A stretch of DNA of 63,934 nucleotides, filler included, from Octopus bimaculoides (GCF_001194135.2; 6 parts of 6 records of this genome joined end to end with filler, not necessarily neighbours in it), one strand, 5' to 3'; positions 13,230 through 27,620 are shown, counted from the whole stretch's first letter. The notes: a model not told the origin generated them from the letters alone. A program made the numbers and translations.

Positions 13230-13845
13230 CATACGTACATACATACATACATACACACNNNNNNNNNNNNNNNNNNNNNNNNNNNNNNNNNNNNNNNNNN
13301 NNNNNNNNNNNNNNNNNNNNNNNNNNNNNNNNNNNNNNNNNNNNNNNNNNNNNNNNNNNNNNNNNNNNNNNNNNNNNNNNNNNNNNNNNNNNNNNNNNNN
13401 NNNNNNNNNNNNNNNNNNNNNNNNNNNNNNNNNNNNNNNNNNNNNNNNNNNNNNNNNNNNNNNNNNNNNNNNNNNNNNNNNNNNNNNNNNNNNNNNNNNN
13501 NNNNNNNNNNNNNNNNNNNNNNNNNNNNNNNNNNNNNNNNNNNNNNNNNNNNNNNNNNNNNNNNNNNNNNNNNNNNNNNNNNNNNNNNNNNNNNNNNNNN
13601 NNNNNNNNNNNNNNNNNNNNNNNNNNNNNNNNNNNNNNNNNNNNNNNNNNNNNNNNNNNNNNNNNNNNNNNNNNNNNNNNNNNNNNNNNNNNNNNNNNNN
13701 NNNNNNNNNNNNNNNNNNNNNNNNNNNNNNNNNNNNNNNNNNNNNNNNNNNNNNNNNNNNNNNNNNNNNNNNNNNNNNNNNNNNNNNNNNNNNNNNNNNN
13801 NNATCACCATCATCATCATCATCATCATCACCATCATCATCATCA

Positions 13846-13876
<31 letters not shown>

Positions 13877-14473
13877 TGTCATCATCGTCATCGTCGTCAT
13901 CATCATCATTATCATCATCATGATCAACAATAATAACATCAACAATAACAACCACAGCGAAACAATACAGAGAGCCAATTATCTTTTGGAAATAGAATTC
14001 ACAGAAATACATCAAAGAGTTATTTTATAATAACTACAGAAGGGTTTGCCGAGCACACACACAAACAGAGACAGAATTACAGATATACACTGTTAGAATG
14101 TATGTATACAGTAATGTAATAAACGTGCGCTCGCACATACATGCATACATACATACATACATACATACATACATACATACATACATACATACAAAATGCA
14201 TCTATATATACATGTACACATACAAACAACATTTACAATGCGTATAAATAAGGTATACAATATATGTGTGTGTTGTGTGTGCGCGCGCGCGCTTCCGCGT
14301 GTGCGTGTGCTTGTGTGCGTGTGTGCAACAAAGAGGGGGTCTTTTTATGTGTCTATATACATGTAACACATGATCACCCAGATTCATATAAAGCCTGTTT
14401 CTCTAAATCCTACTTCAGTGTGGTACTTATGTTAATCATTTTTTTTGTTTGACTACGAGGAGTGGCTGCAACG

Positions 14474-14975
14474 ATGAGTCCTATTGACTATGGCTTCAAA
14501 ACAATACTGTCACAGAATCCTGCAAGTGCTGCATATGGACACGAGTAGAAAGAAATTTATATGGAGTGATTGTCTTCAGATAATGTTGACTGTCTTTGTT
14601 AATGAAATTATATTTATATCATGATGGCTGACTTATCGACAAATCTTTCGAACATATTCGTTTTCAGTTTTGAACCTGAATGAAACACTCAAACGGTCAA
14701 CTATTTTGTGATTTATCAACTACCAATACTTGATTTATTTATATGTTTGTAGGTACGCATGAAAATTTCCCCAGTGTTAAATGTTTTGTGCTTAATTGCT
14801 ATCGGCAAACTATTTTCCTCGTTGTCATTAGATAATTAATAAGATATTCCTAAAATAGGAATTGCTTCGTTAATGACGAGCTGTCAAAAGCACAAATTTG
14901 CAAACTGGTTATCCAATACGGTGCTAACCTTATTTCTGACAGTTTTATAGTGAAGTTGATCTATGCTATCAATTA
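14474..14975 (+). pseudogene. Possible decayed ankyrin-like coding remnant
   Basis: MSPIDYGFK...ASAAYGHE*KEIYME*LSSDNVD, and at 14875-14931 DELSKAQICKLVIQYGANL. Confidence 0.4.
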
Positions 14976-16364
14976 GAAAATGGGACCAGGACTACAACTT
15001 TGAAGAGTTTGTCAATAAAGCTTGAAACGATTCGTTTCTCCACACATCACTAACATAGAAAGAATGTGTTTACATTCTTATTGCACCNNNNNNNNNNNNN
15101 NNNNNNNNNNNNNNNNNNNNNNNNNNNNNNNNNNNNNNNNNNNNNNNNNNNNNNNNNNNNNNNNNNNNNNNNNNNNNNNNNNNNNNNNNNNNNNNNNNNN
15201 NNNNNNNNNNNNNNNNNNNNNNNNNNNNNNNNNNNNNNNNNNNNNNNNNNNNNNNNNNNNNNNNNNNNNNNNNNNNNNNNNNNNNNNNNNNNNNNNNNNN
15301 NNNNNNNNNNNNNNNNNNNNNNNNNNNNNNNNNNNNNNNNNNNNNNNNNNNNNNNNNNNNNNNNNNNNNNNNNNNNNNNNNNNNNNNNNNNNNNNNNNNN
15401 TTAGGCAAGGGAGATGGTAGAAAATAGATGTAACTTATCATGAGGGGTGTAATATTCATGTGCCTGTGGATGGATATAGATAGATAATATAAACAATATA
15501 TATATATATATATACACATATATGGGTACAGGAGGTCACAAACTGTAAACAACATGAAATGCGAAAACAAGCGAGTTAAATACGTAAACAACAAGAGAGA
15601 AAGAATTGAAAACAGGACAAGTAACACAAAGAACGACCCTTCATCTGTTGTCGACTGTCTATCTACTCCTCATTTCGAGCAGTCACTTTTGCTGCCGTTG
15701 TTCAAAGGCTTTTAGACACAGTACGTTTCACTATTTTGCTGGCGATCTCTGTGAGTTTCGTCTTCCTTCCATAATTATATTTGCGAGAACTAGGTCTGCA
15801 TTGCTTTTGGAATGCCAACAATACTTTTAGAGACTGCAAGAGCTTTAGTAAATGAAATCCAACAATTTGTCCCTTTGGAAATCACGCATTTAACTTATTG
15901 AAATATAAGTATCTGTAAAATAAACACAGTGCTATATCTTGAAGTACAAGGTATGCCTAATGTACATGAACACATATACACAGACTTGAATAGTTTTGAA
16001 TTTGTCATGTCAAACGAAAAAATAGTTAAATAAAAAGTGATATTTCTATTATTTTGTGCAACTCCTGCATATATCTACACACACACATATATATAAACAC
16101 ACGCATACATATACGTATATATACATACATACTTACATACATACATAAATACATACATACATGCATACGTACATACATACATTCATACATACATACATAC
16201 ATACATACATACATACATACATACATGATGATGGCCGTCCACTCGTGACCTTCAGGAACATTGTGCACTCTAGGACTAACTTATATTTTGCATTTGTGGC
16301 TCCGTTGGTGGCTAATGAGCCATGCTCTTGACATACATACATACATACATACATACATACATAC

Positions 16365-16420
16365 AATGGCGATCAGCGACGAGTCGCATTTTTGGCTTGA
16401 GGGTCTATTTATTGAGAATA
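16365..16420 (+). mobile_element. Tc1/mariner transposase micro-fragment (first catalytic D)
   Basis: AISDESHFWLEG resembles FSDEAHFWLNG; very short. Confidence 0.4.
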
Positions 16421-16629
16421 CGATGAATATTATCCCGGACATTGAAGCCACAAATATCAACCTTGCAAAATAACTGGCTAATCTCCGGGTACATCGACTG
16501 AAGAAGCCTTTTATTCAACACTGTAGTGATTTTCGCCTGAAATTTGAATCTACCACGCGACAAAATACTGCAAACAGCATGGCTGGACATATGAACATCA
16601 TCAACAGCAACAACAACAACAACATACCT

Positions 16630-16985
16630 ACAGAACGAAAAGAGAACATCGCAAAAGGTAAACAAACTTTTTCTAATTGTAGTTACAGAAGAAATCGTAA
16701 CTACACAACACATTTTTATTGGATACTCCACCCAGACTACAAGTTCAGATTCATACCCGTGATTGTTGGGGCATTGGGATATGTAACGAACTGCCTCATC
16801 AAAAACATGGAAAAATTAGGGTTCTCAAAACCTGAAAGAAAAAGGCTGATTAGAAGACTACAGATTCAAGCCATCAATGGAACTGTAAAGATAGGTAAAA
16901 CTTTCCAAAAATTTAGCACATAAATACATATGCATGCATCTAGACATAAAAACGCATCCATAAAACAAACATACAAATCTGCGCA
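16630..16985 (+). mobile_element. R4/Dong-type RLE LINE 3' end
   Basis: ILHPDYKFRFIPVIVGALGYVTNCLIKNMEKLGFSKPERKRLIRRLQIQAINGTVKIGKTFQKF* plus 3' UTR. Confidence 0.88.
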
Positions 16986-17139
16986 TACACTAACACCAAA
17001 TACTGCACACACACACATATGCACAAATACCTAGTTGATGTTGATAAAAGTTCCAATGAAGGAGCCTTGAATCTATGTTAGAATCCGGCTCTTTCTCTAT
17101 GGACAAGAAATACAGAAATGAAACTGATTGACATACATA

Positions 17140-17480
<341 letters not shown>

Positions 17481-17501
17481 TGTACATACATATGTACGTA
17501 C

Positions 17502-18470
17502 ATACATATAATAGATATTTAGAGACACTGTACTTTCCACGCAAGGATGGTGGCCGTGGTCTGAAATCTGTATTGATATCATATGAAGCACGTATTGTGA
17601 CAGAGCAGAGGAAAGAGACTAGTAACTATCTTGCTCAAGGTTGTGACCATGAAATCAACAGCATAATTAGGATAGTTAATGAACTTGAGGAGAGGTATGA
17701 AACAAGAGCTGGTACAGATCTTTGTCCTCATGGGAAGAAGAGCAAAAACGTTTTAAAATAGACCAGTTCATTGAGAAGATAGTACGTGGGTACTTGACAG
17801 TAAAATACAAACCATAGAAGGGACTGATCGTGTCAAAAGCTTGTCGTGGAGAGTACCAACAAGTTTATGACATTCCACTTTGACGGTTACCTCCAAGTAC
17901 CTACAGCATAAGAGATAGATAACGTTGACAGACAACAAACGTAGGCTGTACAAGACCAAGATTGAAGACATCAACCACATTACTGTCATCTGCGAGAGAA
18001 TGTATTCCAGATATTATCTTTCCATGAAGCATGTTGCAGTGGCCAGAACAGTCAGGAATAAGATAACAAAAAAGAAAACTGAGAGTAATGGGTCTAAATA
18101 ATTATTGGTAGAACTTAAAAATTAAAACAGCCACCAAGCTAAAACAGAACCGGTCAGATATTGTTGTACGGGGCCATAAGGAAGAGATATATTCTGTTGA
18201 AGAAATCAGCTGCCTTCTGGACACGATGTGGTTCGAAAAATACAATAGAAATAGAACATCCATGAACCATTGACAAGGAGTTTGCAAATCCAGTTCCCAA
18301 AATATACTTTCATATCTGATATTATTGGAGCAGCAGGATACATACCAAGCAGTCCGGAACAAAGTGTATCTAAACTTGGGTTCTTGGGGGGAAAGAAAGC
18401 GAATCCTTAATTTATACACTACAAATGATCACCGTATCTGGAACTATAAAAATCTATAAAACCTTCTTAA
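17502..18470 (+). mobile_element. R4/Dong-type RLE LINE 3' portion, decayed
   Basis: RYLETLYFPRKDGGRGLKSV, then HCERM...YYL.MKHVAVA and KLKQNRSDIVV (RPD motif); ends in (ACAT)n. Confidence 0.85.
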
Positions 18471-20061
18471 GATTTAAAGGATGATGAACAAAACAAAATG
18501 CTGTCCTTCGCAACCTTCCTACCAAGCAGGTGGCCAGTCAAAATTTACTTTAAATTAAAAGAACAGAACATACATGCATGCATGCATGCATGCATACATA
18601 CATACAAACATACATACATACATACATACATACATACATACATACATACATACATACATGCATGCTTACGTGCATACATACATTAAGGTTTAATCAGCTG
18701 CCTTTTGGCATATGTCTGTTCGTTCAAATCGAGCTAAACAGCAAAACTGTACAATCCCCCACTTCTGTATTATTTATTTATTGTGATTTGTTTCCATGTA
18801 AGGTATGGTGTTGGTGTTAGTGCTTTATAAAGCAGTGAAATATAATGTGGGATTGAATGGTTCGGTGGAGGAAGTATGTGCATTAGAGTGGTACATACGA
18901 TGGTGCTGATAATGGGTTGTGCTAGTTAAGCTGCTGATTACATCTGTACTCCCTATATACATGAGAATGTGTGTGCTTGTGTGTATATTTACGTATGTGT
19001 GTGTGTACGTATGCATATATAAATACATATATGCATACATACGCGCACGCATATGTTTTGGAATATATGTAAGAAAATATACATAATATTCACATATGTA
19101 TATATGTATGTGCTTGAGTGTGATTAGTGTATGTGAGTGATTGAGAGTATGTATGTATGTGTGTGTGTAAACGTAAACACACACAAAGGCCGCACACAAC
19201 ATAGTCTACGTATTTCTGTGCCATCAAGCTTCGTAAAGCGAAGTGTGTGTGTTTAGGAGCTAGACAACCAGCCAGACATAAATCTAGAAATAATTCAATG
19301 AAGAAAATAAAATGGATTCAACTGTTCCGTAGTGTTTATGACATTTTAAATACATTTCCCTCTTTGCCTATTGCCTATACACCTCCACACAGTCTACCAC
19401 TCTCCAACTCCTGTACACCCAGTATCCGAATTATCGTGGCCTCAAACCCTTACCAAGGAATCTGCCCGGCGCTGCCGTTTCTCCTGTAAGCACGTATCAC
19501 CATCACTACCACCACCAACAACATCATTCCCAGAACACAAACTACACCATGTCCTCCCACTATCACTCACTAATTTGTCAGTGTCTTCCGTGTATTTCAC
19601 TTCTCTGGCTTCTTTTACTGTTTGTTGTTGTTGGTGGTGGTGGTCGTCGTCGTCGTCGTAGTCGTAGTGTTAGTTTGGTTATTTGACAGGAAGGTCAGCC
19701 CTGACCAAACAGAGATACGATCAAATATCTTCCGACCATGACCATCCTGTAATTTTTTTTTTATGTAGCGTATTCACAATGTATCACATCTTAAAGAAAA
19801 ACAAAAACGTTTCTGGAAGATTTTGGTTGCTATTTCTCGAAAGTCGACCGAACCCCGTTAGCCTCCCCTCACCCACCTCTCTCCTGTTGTTGCTGTTGTT
19901 GTTGTTGATGTTGTTACCGTCATTGTTTTTATCATTGTTGATGTAGTTTCTGGTGTCCTCACAACAACTATCGCCGTTTTATTACTTAACTCGTTTTTGC
20001 TATCACTGCTGTAGAAATTATTGTTACTATCATCATCATCATCATCATCATTATCATCATT

Positions 20062-20120
<59 letters not shown>

Positions 20121-20536
20121 TTTTATTATTACCATTGGTATTTTTTGTTATTGTTGTGGTTGTTGTAACTGCAAACATGGCAGTCCTTTTGCTGTTTGCC
20201 TTTTTTCTTCGTTTTTACCCCGGATTTTGTTGATCTGTCGAAGTTAAAATATTCGGTAATTCAATAAGCCATGGGGTGTAACGGGTGTGGTATTCGATCT
20301 CTGGAACTTGAAATTACCAGCGATAAACTATTGATAAGCCATGTTAATGATTTCCTCCGTCCATTACCTCCACTCACATCTACGCTACCCCACCCCACAA
20401 GACACACACACTCCACATAAAAAGCATGCGCGTAAAGCACTCATACATTCCACCCCTCACCTGCAACTGAAATATATTCCGGACATATAGATAGACACAC
20501 ATGAGCAGGGAGGCGCACTTGTACATTTAAAGAAAC

Positions 20537-20658
<122 letters not shown>

Positions 20659-21216
20659 TGTGTGTTTAATGCATAGTTGCACATTTGACAGAAGACAGTT
20701 GTATCATTTTCGTTTTTCTATCGCTCCTTTTCTACCAACCCTCTCCTTTCATTCTATAATTCTATACATGCAAGCTGGCATACTCTTTGTATCTACGCAT
20801 GTCTATCTTTCTAACTCCGTGTCGACTGCGTGCCGGCCTGTTCGCCTATACGTCTACTTATGGCTACATATATGAATGTATGTGCGCCTGTATTTTTGTA
20901 TGACAATATGCGTGTGAATGTTTGCATGTAGTGAGGGAGCGGGATATGCCTATCCTGAGTCCACTAACTTCAATTGGGGACCGATATTGACTGCCTGGGA
21001 CTAAAATGGAAAACACTCCTCCAAGATGGTATAAAGTGGCGTTGAATTCAGAACTACTTCGTTACGAAGTGAATTTCTTAACCACATGCACACACACGTA
21101 GCACCATACTGCCCATTCCCTAGTTTTGTAACTTTCTGCTGGTTATAATCTCTTTCTATATGTATGTATGTATGAGTGTGTATACATATGTATACATACA
21201 TATATATATACATATA

Positions 21217-21273
<57 letters not shown>

Positions 21274-21373
21274 NNNNNNNNNNNNNNNNNNNNNNNNNNN
21301 NNNNNNNNNNNNNNNNNTTAATTAATTAANNNNNNNNNNNNNNNNNNNNNNNNNNNNNNNNNNNNNNNNNNNN
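21274..21373. other. Artificial gap spacer N44-TTAATTAATTAA-N44
   Basis: Same 100-bp structure. Confidence 0.95.
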
Positions 21374-21579
21374 TATATATATGTATGTATGTATGTATAT
21401 ATATATATATATATATATGTATACATGTGTATATATACATAGATATAAATATCCATGTATATCCACATATATATATTTATATACACACATATATATCCAT
21501 ATATCTATAATAAACATATATAGATACACAAATACAGAGACACATACACGCACAAATATATATATATATATATAACGAC

Positions 21580-21715
21580 AATCAGTTCTCTACTCATAAA
21601 GCTTTGGTCGGCCTGTACCTATAGCAGAATTTACTTGTTCCAAGATGCCACCGAGAGGGATTGAACCAAGTATTATATGGTTAAGCTACATGCTTCTTCC
21701 CACACAACCTGTCTT
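21580..21715 (-). mobile_element. tRNA-SINE family A head (degenerate)
   Basis: aaagctttggtcggcctg...ctatagcagaa...ccaagatgccacc...gggattgaacc is the reverse complement of the 49161-49300 head. Confidence 0.7.
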
Positions 21716-21819
21716 GCGTTCACACATAATTGCTTGTGTATAATTCCATGTTTGCAATTGTATAGCTTCAATCATGTATGTGTTCTTATACATGTTTACA
21801 ATATTTATGTGTATGTATG

Positions 21820-22160
21820 CATCTATCATTAAATAAACTTACGGAATGTTTTGCGTTTACAGAGTTCCATTAATCACTTCTAATTGTAATCTCTTAATTA
21901 CGGTTTTGTCTATGGTTCTGTAAAGCCAAACTTTTGGAGACTGTCACTGAGGCATTTAATTACACACACCAAATACCCCAATAATCACAGGTATAAATCT
22001 GAAGTTATATTCAGGGTGTAGTATCGGCATATTTCTAATTAGTTCAGCATAAATGCTTCCGGCTTCTTTCATCTTTAATCTTTTAAACTGTGTTGGGCAA
22101 CAGATTTATTCTGCTATGTGCACATTCTTTGCCCTCTCTCAGGTCATTGCGTCTGTTCAC
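21820..22160 (-). mobile_element. R4/Dong-type RLE LINE 3' end
   Basis: YAELIRNMPILHPEYNFRFIPVIIGVFG...LQKFGFTEP...KRLQLEVINGT. Confidence 0.8.
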
Positions 22161-22484
22161 TCGTGCCTATATATGACAGAGGATTTGACAGGAATATACC
22201 GCCGTTAATCTTTTATAATTATTATTGTGTGAGGCCCACTACATAGCGAAATGTTGTATGAGTTTGTCAATTGTTCCAATACTTCGTGATGACATTTCAG
22301 AACCGCTGCTTATGATTTGGCACACCTCTTCGGTTGTTAATCCCAGATTCTGCATGTCTGTCAGTTCGTCGCTCAATATGTATGTATATTTGTATGTCCT
22401 CTTCTGTTGTTTAATTATTAGTTATAATCATGTACGTACGGAGCCGGTTTCTAATAAATATACAATAATGGAGCATAGATAACA

Positions 22485-22715
22485 AAAGTGAAAACCCCAG
22501 CTTATCCATATTGTTACTTAAGTATTTACCCACAACTATTATTGATATAAATATGAATTTATAATCTTGATGTAGAAGTTGGAGGTTTCAAAGCAGTTGT
22601 CCATAATTATCTTTCTTCTCTTTGATTTTTGAAGAGATTTTCATATCAGCAGGGTAGCTGTTTGTCACAGACAATAATATCCGGCCTCTCATGCTTGCAT
22701 TAACTAGAAGTTTTG
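22485..22715 (-). mobile_element. R4/Dong-type RLE LINE endonuclease fragment
   Basis: CKHERPDIIVCD...NYGQLL*NLQLLHQDYKFIFISIIVVG...MDKLGFS. Confidence 0.8.
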
Positions 22716-23312
22716 ATAGGAATGATCCAGCAATAAGCAAGTATTCACACGTATGCGTGTACGCATATAAGCGAAAACTTCGAATACATCTTCATTATCC
22801 AGGAAAAAACGATATTTTAAAAAAGTTTCTCCCTTTTACAAGTTCCCAATTACCATTTACCTTAAAAATTATAAGGAAACAATTAGTCCTATCTGCATCT
22901 CATGTTATTGCGAAATATTAAAATACTTATATTATTTTAATAATAGTATCCTTAAAAATGAACGTTATAAACAATGAATTTCGCTCACACGTCATCGATA
23001 ATTCTAAAAAGGATTAATTTGTCAAACTTGAAAGATTCGACTCTCGGGATTTCCACCTGCACAAAGGATTCTACTTTGGATTTTGGACTTCGGTAGCACA
23101 AATAGCCAACAATAAAAACAATAAATAACAACACCCACTCTGCACCAAAGACACCAATGGCCTCGAAAGATTTCATTGTTCTCTGTAGTAGCGTGCAGTC
23201 TGATATAGAAACCTACAAGACATTCAGTGGTGTTGGATCGCTTTTACTCCCATCTTAAGTTGTGTGCATTGGTAATCTAAGTCCAAATGACAGCGTCACC
23301 ACCACCACCACC

Positions 23313-23344
<32 letters not shown>

Positions 23345-23932
23345 CAACAACGACATCAATAAAAAAGTAATAAAGACCAAGCATTTCCTGTTCTTTTCCT
23401 TAAATGTCTTAAATCTTTATTGATTCCCGTTCCTCGTATTTACTCACAGAAGAAATTATAAATTAGTCAGTGGGCGTCTTTCTTTTCAATTTGTCTAAGT
23501 TCATTTGATGTATGTTTTTTTATACTTAAAGAAAACTCATTCTAAGCGTATTTTATTATTTTAATAGCTTGATATCTATGTATGTATGTATGTATGTATG
23601 TATGTATGTATGTATGTATGTATGTATGTATGTATATATATGTATGTATGTATATATATGTATGTGTATATATATATGTATGTGAATATATATATATGTA
23701 TGTGTATATATATATATGTATGTGTATNNNNNNNNNNNNNNNNNNNNNNNNNNNNNNNNNNNNNNNNNNNNNNNNNNNNNNNNNNNNNNNNNNNNNNNNN
23801 NNNNNNNNNNNNNNNNNNNNNNNNNNNNNNNNNNNNNNNNNNNNNNNNNNNNNNNNNNNNNNNNNNNNNNNNNNNNNNNNNNNNNNNNNNNNNNNNNNNN
23901 NNNNNNNNNNNNNNNNNNNNNNNNNNNNNNNN

Positions 23933-23973
<41 letters not shown>

Positions 23974-24369
23974 TAGATAGATATCCATATTTAAAGTTCA
24001 GCGTACTTACATCAATATGACAAAATTTTTGGGTTTTGTTTTTGAAATAGATAATATTTTTACACTTTCGTGGATATCGTATTTGATAACAAGTAAATAT
24101 CAGCCGTGGCGACAAAGCAAACAAACATTCTGATAGAATTCTTCAACTGTAAATTATTAACGTTATTCAACCACAAGTTCAGTCGTACTAGCCTTCCAAA
24201 ACACTTACAGACGCATTCACACACTCACTCACAAACAAGAGCACATTTATATATATATATAGAATAGTATTACTTTTTATATATACGGAATATCATCTGT
24301 AGAATTCCATAAAGTTAGCCACACATTATACATGCTTAAATACTTACTTACATACCATATACAATCATT

Positions 24370-24590
24370 GTCTAAATACCAATCTTGAGAAATTAGGCTT
24401 CTCAAAATCAGAAAGGAGAAAGCTGATTCGATAACTACATATCCAAACCATCAACGGAACTGTAAAAATATCCAAAGCTTTACAGAAATTTATCATTTAA
24501 GCATATATGCACATGTCTAGATATGCAGTTATGTGCATGAAAATGCATACATAAAACAAAACTGCCAAATCTGCACATATACATACATGC
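24370..24590 (+). mobile_element. R4/Dong-type RLE LINE extreme 3' end
   Basis: NTNLEKLGFSKSERRKLIR*LHIQTINGTVKISKALQKFII* and a 3' UTR like 16920-16985. Confidence 0.85.
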
Positions 24591-24634
24591 ATACATACAT
24601 GCATACATACATACATACATACATGCTTTCATAG

Positions 24635-24785
24635 CATCGGTTGTCAAGCGATGTTGGGGGACAAACACAGACACGCAAGCACACACACACATACACATAC
24701 ATACATACATATATATATATATANNNNNNNNNNGACGGGCTTCTTTCAGTTTCCGTCTACCAAATCCACTTACAAGGCTTTGGTG
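24635..24785 (-). mobile_element. tRNA-SINE family A, middle part
   Basis: gacgggcttctttcagtttccgtctaccaaatccact is the reverse complement of 49285-49322. Confidence 0.85.
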
Positions 24786-24981
24786 TGTGCACATATTAGT
24801 TGAAAGTTGTGTTGAATCATATTTTCAGTGTAAATAAAGTCTGGAATTTTTTAAATTTGTCCGACGAAGTACGGGTAAGAGGTTTCATACGTGTTTTCTA
24901 TATGAATATAACTATTCATATAGAATTTGGTACATTTGTAAAAATATTGTTACTAACGTTAATATTTACAACATTCACAAT

Positions 24982-25196
24982 AAGGCGCCTAGCAGACAGA
25001 ATAGCTAGCACTCCGGACAAAAATGCTTAGCGGCAGTTCGTCCGTGTTTATATCATTAGTTTAAATTCTGCCGAGGTCGATTTTGCATTTTACTCCTTCA
25101 GGGTCGATAAAATAAGTATTAGTTAAGCACTGGGTTCTATATAAGCAGCTTACACCGTCTTCCGAAATTGCTGGCCTTGTGCCAGAGTTTGAAACT
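24982..25196 (+). mobile_element. tRNA-SINE family B
   Basis: aaggcg...cagaatagctagc...aaatgcttagcgg...gccgaggtcgattttgc...gggtcgataaaataagta...ggccttgtgcc. Confidence 0.82.
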
Positions 25197-26062
25197 AATA
25201 TTTACATTCACTCTATGACTCCTGTATCGTGATGAATCACATGTAACATGGAATTAAAGATATAACAAATTATTTAGTCGTTGCTTTGATATATGTATGT
25301 GTGTGTGTGTGTATGTGTGCGTGTGTGTGTGGTGGTGGTGGGGACAGAGATTTCGTGTATGCCGGTGCCTGAATGTGCTTGTCAACAGTTTCAGGCAACT
25401 AAATTATATTAACAATCTTTCTTTTAACACACACACTCTCGAAGAAAATAGTCATCACATGTGCCATGAAGCACGATCGAACCGAACGCATCGTGTTTTT
25501 GCGCAGTTAACAACGTAGTTATGCTCGTTCCTCTGTCACCGCATATTATTTAGCTGTACTTCTGTCTGTGCAAATACATTCAAGCAAGTATGTATATGTC
25601 TCAATGTATACGTATATTTATGTGTATTGTCTCTTTGCTTGTGTATTCTGCGATATTTTATAGGATTTCAAATCTTAAATCAAGATTATCGTCGACAAGT
25701 GACCTTTGGCTATTTTGTTTCCACTTTGTTCATTCTATTCATCATTAGTGTGCTAAGCAACGTATATTTCACGCCACATTTCTAACAGATGCTATCAGAC
25801 ACACCACAATTTTGTTACTAAACACGACATATTCAACTAAAGCATCTTGACCCCGACACCACGTGAATAGATGACATTTTCACCATTATGAATTATGGGG
25901 ATAATAAACAAAGAAAGTTCCCTAAATTATGTTCATTTCTTTCATAGGTATAAAGCCATAAACACTAATTTAGTATACTGAACTATTAATTTTGATTACA
26001 ATTTGTTTGTATTACTTATATCATGTTCTAAGTGATGACATGATGTTGATTCATCTCCACAG

Positions 26063-26470
26063 ACAAGCGCTCTTCGTTTATATCTATGTTAAAAAAATTA
26101 TTCCTGCATTGATCCTCTCATCATTGAATAAATCAGTAACTACTCCATTAATGTATGCCAAAGGTGTCTTGAAGGAAATTTGATTCATAGCTGTAGGAGT
26201 TCGAACCATTGCAGAAACGCTCTTTCACTGGCTTGTTGAATATTATTGCTTCAAGTGGATGGAGTGATGCCACAAAAACTACAACAGCAACCAAAAATTA
26301 TACAAAAGTTCCAGATTCGGTTGTCTTACTACTCTCTGATGAAAGACACCTAACTGGAATTTGTATTATAGCAATTTCTAATTTGTTTTCGGTGCACACA
26401 GAATGATAGAGGACTTGTCTACTCATTCCGCCAATCCTGTTTCACTATGCGGCGCCAGGAGTCTGTACAA
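26063..26470 (+). pseudogene. Decayed ankyrin-repeat coding remnant, similar to exon 1 of the intact gene
   Basis: SLNKSVTTPLMYAKG...*...AETLFHWLVEY (cf. NETLLHSLVQT at 53507) (frameshift) KNYTKVPDSVVLLLS...LFHYAAPG. Confidence 0.5.
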
Positions 26471-26792
26471 AATCTCATTATCTTTGGTCGGTTCATAATT
26501 TGATGCTGTGTGTCAATAACATCAATATAATTTACAAGCTTCATCCTGTTTTAGGGTATCAAAGTCCTTAAACTATAGCATCTGATATAGTCAGTTGATA
26601 GGAAGGGAACAGTGACCAGAGCTGCCTACCTTGCGTTGAGCACGAATAATGTTTTGAAGTGAATGGTACCTTAATTTTAATACGGCATTGAAACCTACAT
26701 ATGAATAAGTTCCCTAAAACTTGACTATAAATTTGACATTGGAGTTCATGAAAGATGGAATGAATGTATTTAATGTTTAAAATGACGGAAAC

Positions 26793-26985
26793 ATTCTTTT
26801 CTACTTTAGGTACAAGGCTCGAAATTTTGGGGGAGGGGGCCAGTCGATTAAATCGACCTCAGTAAGCAACTGGTACTTAATTTATCGATCCTAAAATGCA
26901 AAGTCAACCTCGGCGTAATTTGAACTCAGAACGTAAAGACAGACGAAATACCGCTAAGTATTTCTCCCGGCGTGCTAACGTTTCT
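26793..26985 (-). mobile_element. tRNA-SINE family B, 5'-truncated at AGAAACGTTAG
   Basis: Close match to 51161-51352. Confidence 0.9.
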
Positions 26986-27460
26986 TAAATGACTCAAATA
27001 TTACAGAATATTAGATCGGGCAATAGCATTTTGGTGATGTCATTGAGTGGGTTCCATGATGGTGTTATTTTAGATGTCATGTTGACGGGCGTCGGGGATT
27101 GAGAGGCAGTGATGTTGTAGCGGTGAAGTGTTCTTAATGTTTTTTAAGTGATACAGTCGAGGTGACTTTATATAGATCAATATCGTGACAATGTAATTGA
27201 TGATGTGTTATTAGTGATATTTATGTAGTAGGCATGGCGACCTTATTTGGATATATTTGTTGAGTTCAAGCTGTGATATTTCGGTGCTGAAACATCTTTG
27301 CTTTTCTACATCGCGTGGATGATAAAGTAATCTACAATGGTAAGAGATTTTTGTTGTTAAAGTGTCGAACGAGATGCCTTGTTTTAGTCTTTAAGTTATG
27401 TGTCCAAAATCCGTTATGGGGTTCAAATTTCAACACTCCGTTCTCTTTAACGAAGTCTAA

Positions 27461-27620
27461 TCTGTTGCAAGCACCCGCTCTCTGCATGCCGGATGCCCCG
27501 ACAAAAGTTATGGACATCATCACTGCTCCTCGGTCTAAATGCTCTTACAAAATAACAACATATACACGCGGGCTGACAAACGCAGACAGTCAAAGAGAAA
27601 GCTAGCATGCTTTCTTTGAC
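27461..27620 (+). pseudogene. Decayed ankyrin-like remnant
   Basis: One frame: SLHAGCPDKSYGHHHCSSV*MLLQNNNIYTRADKR; the stop sits inside the motif. Confidence 0.42.

Noticed and set aside
14270-14320. (CG)n/(GT)n Z-DNA-prone tracts (also 28733, 41518)
   Set aside because: Common microsatellite variants with no locus-specific evidence of function.
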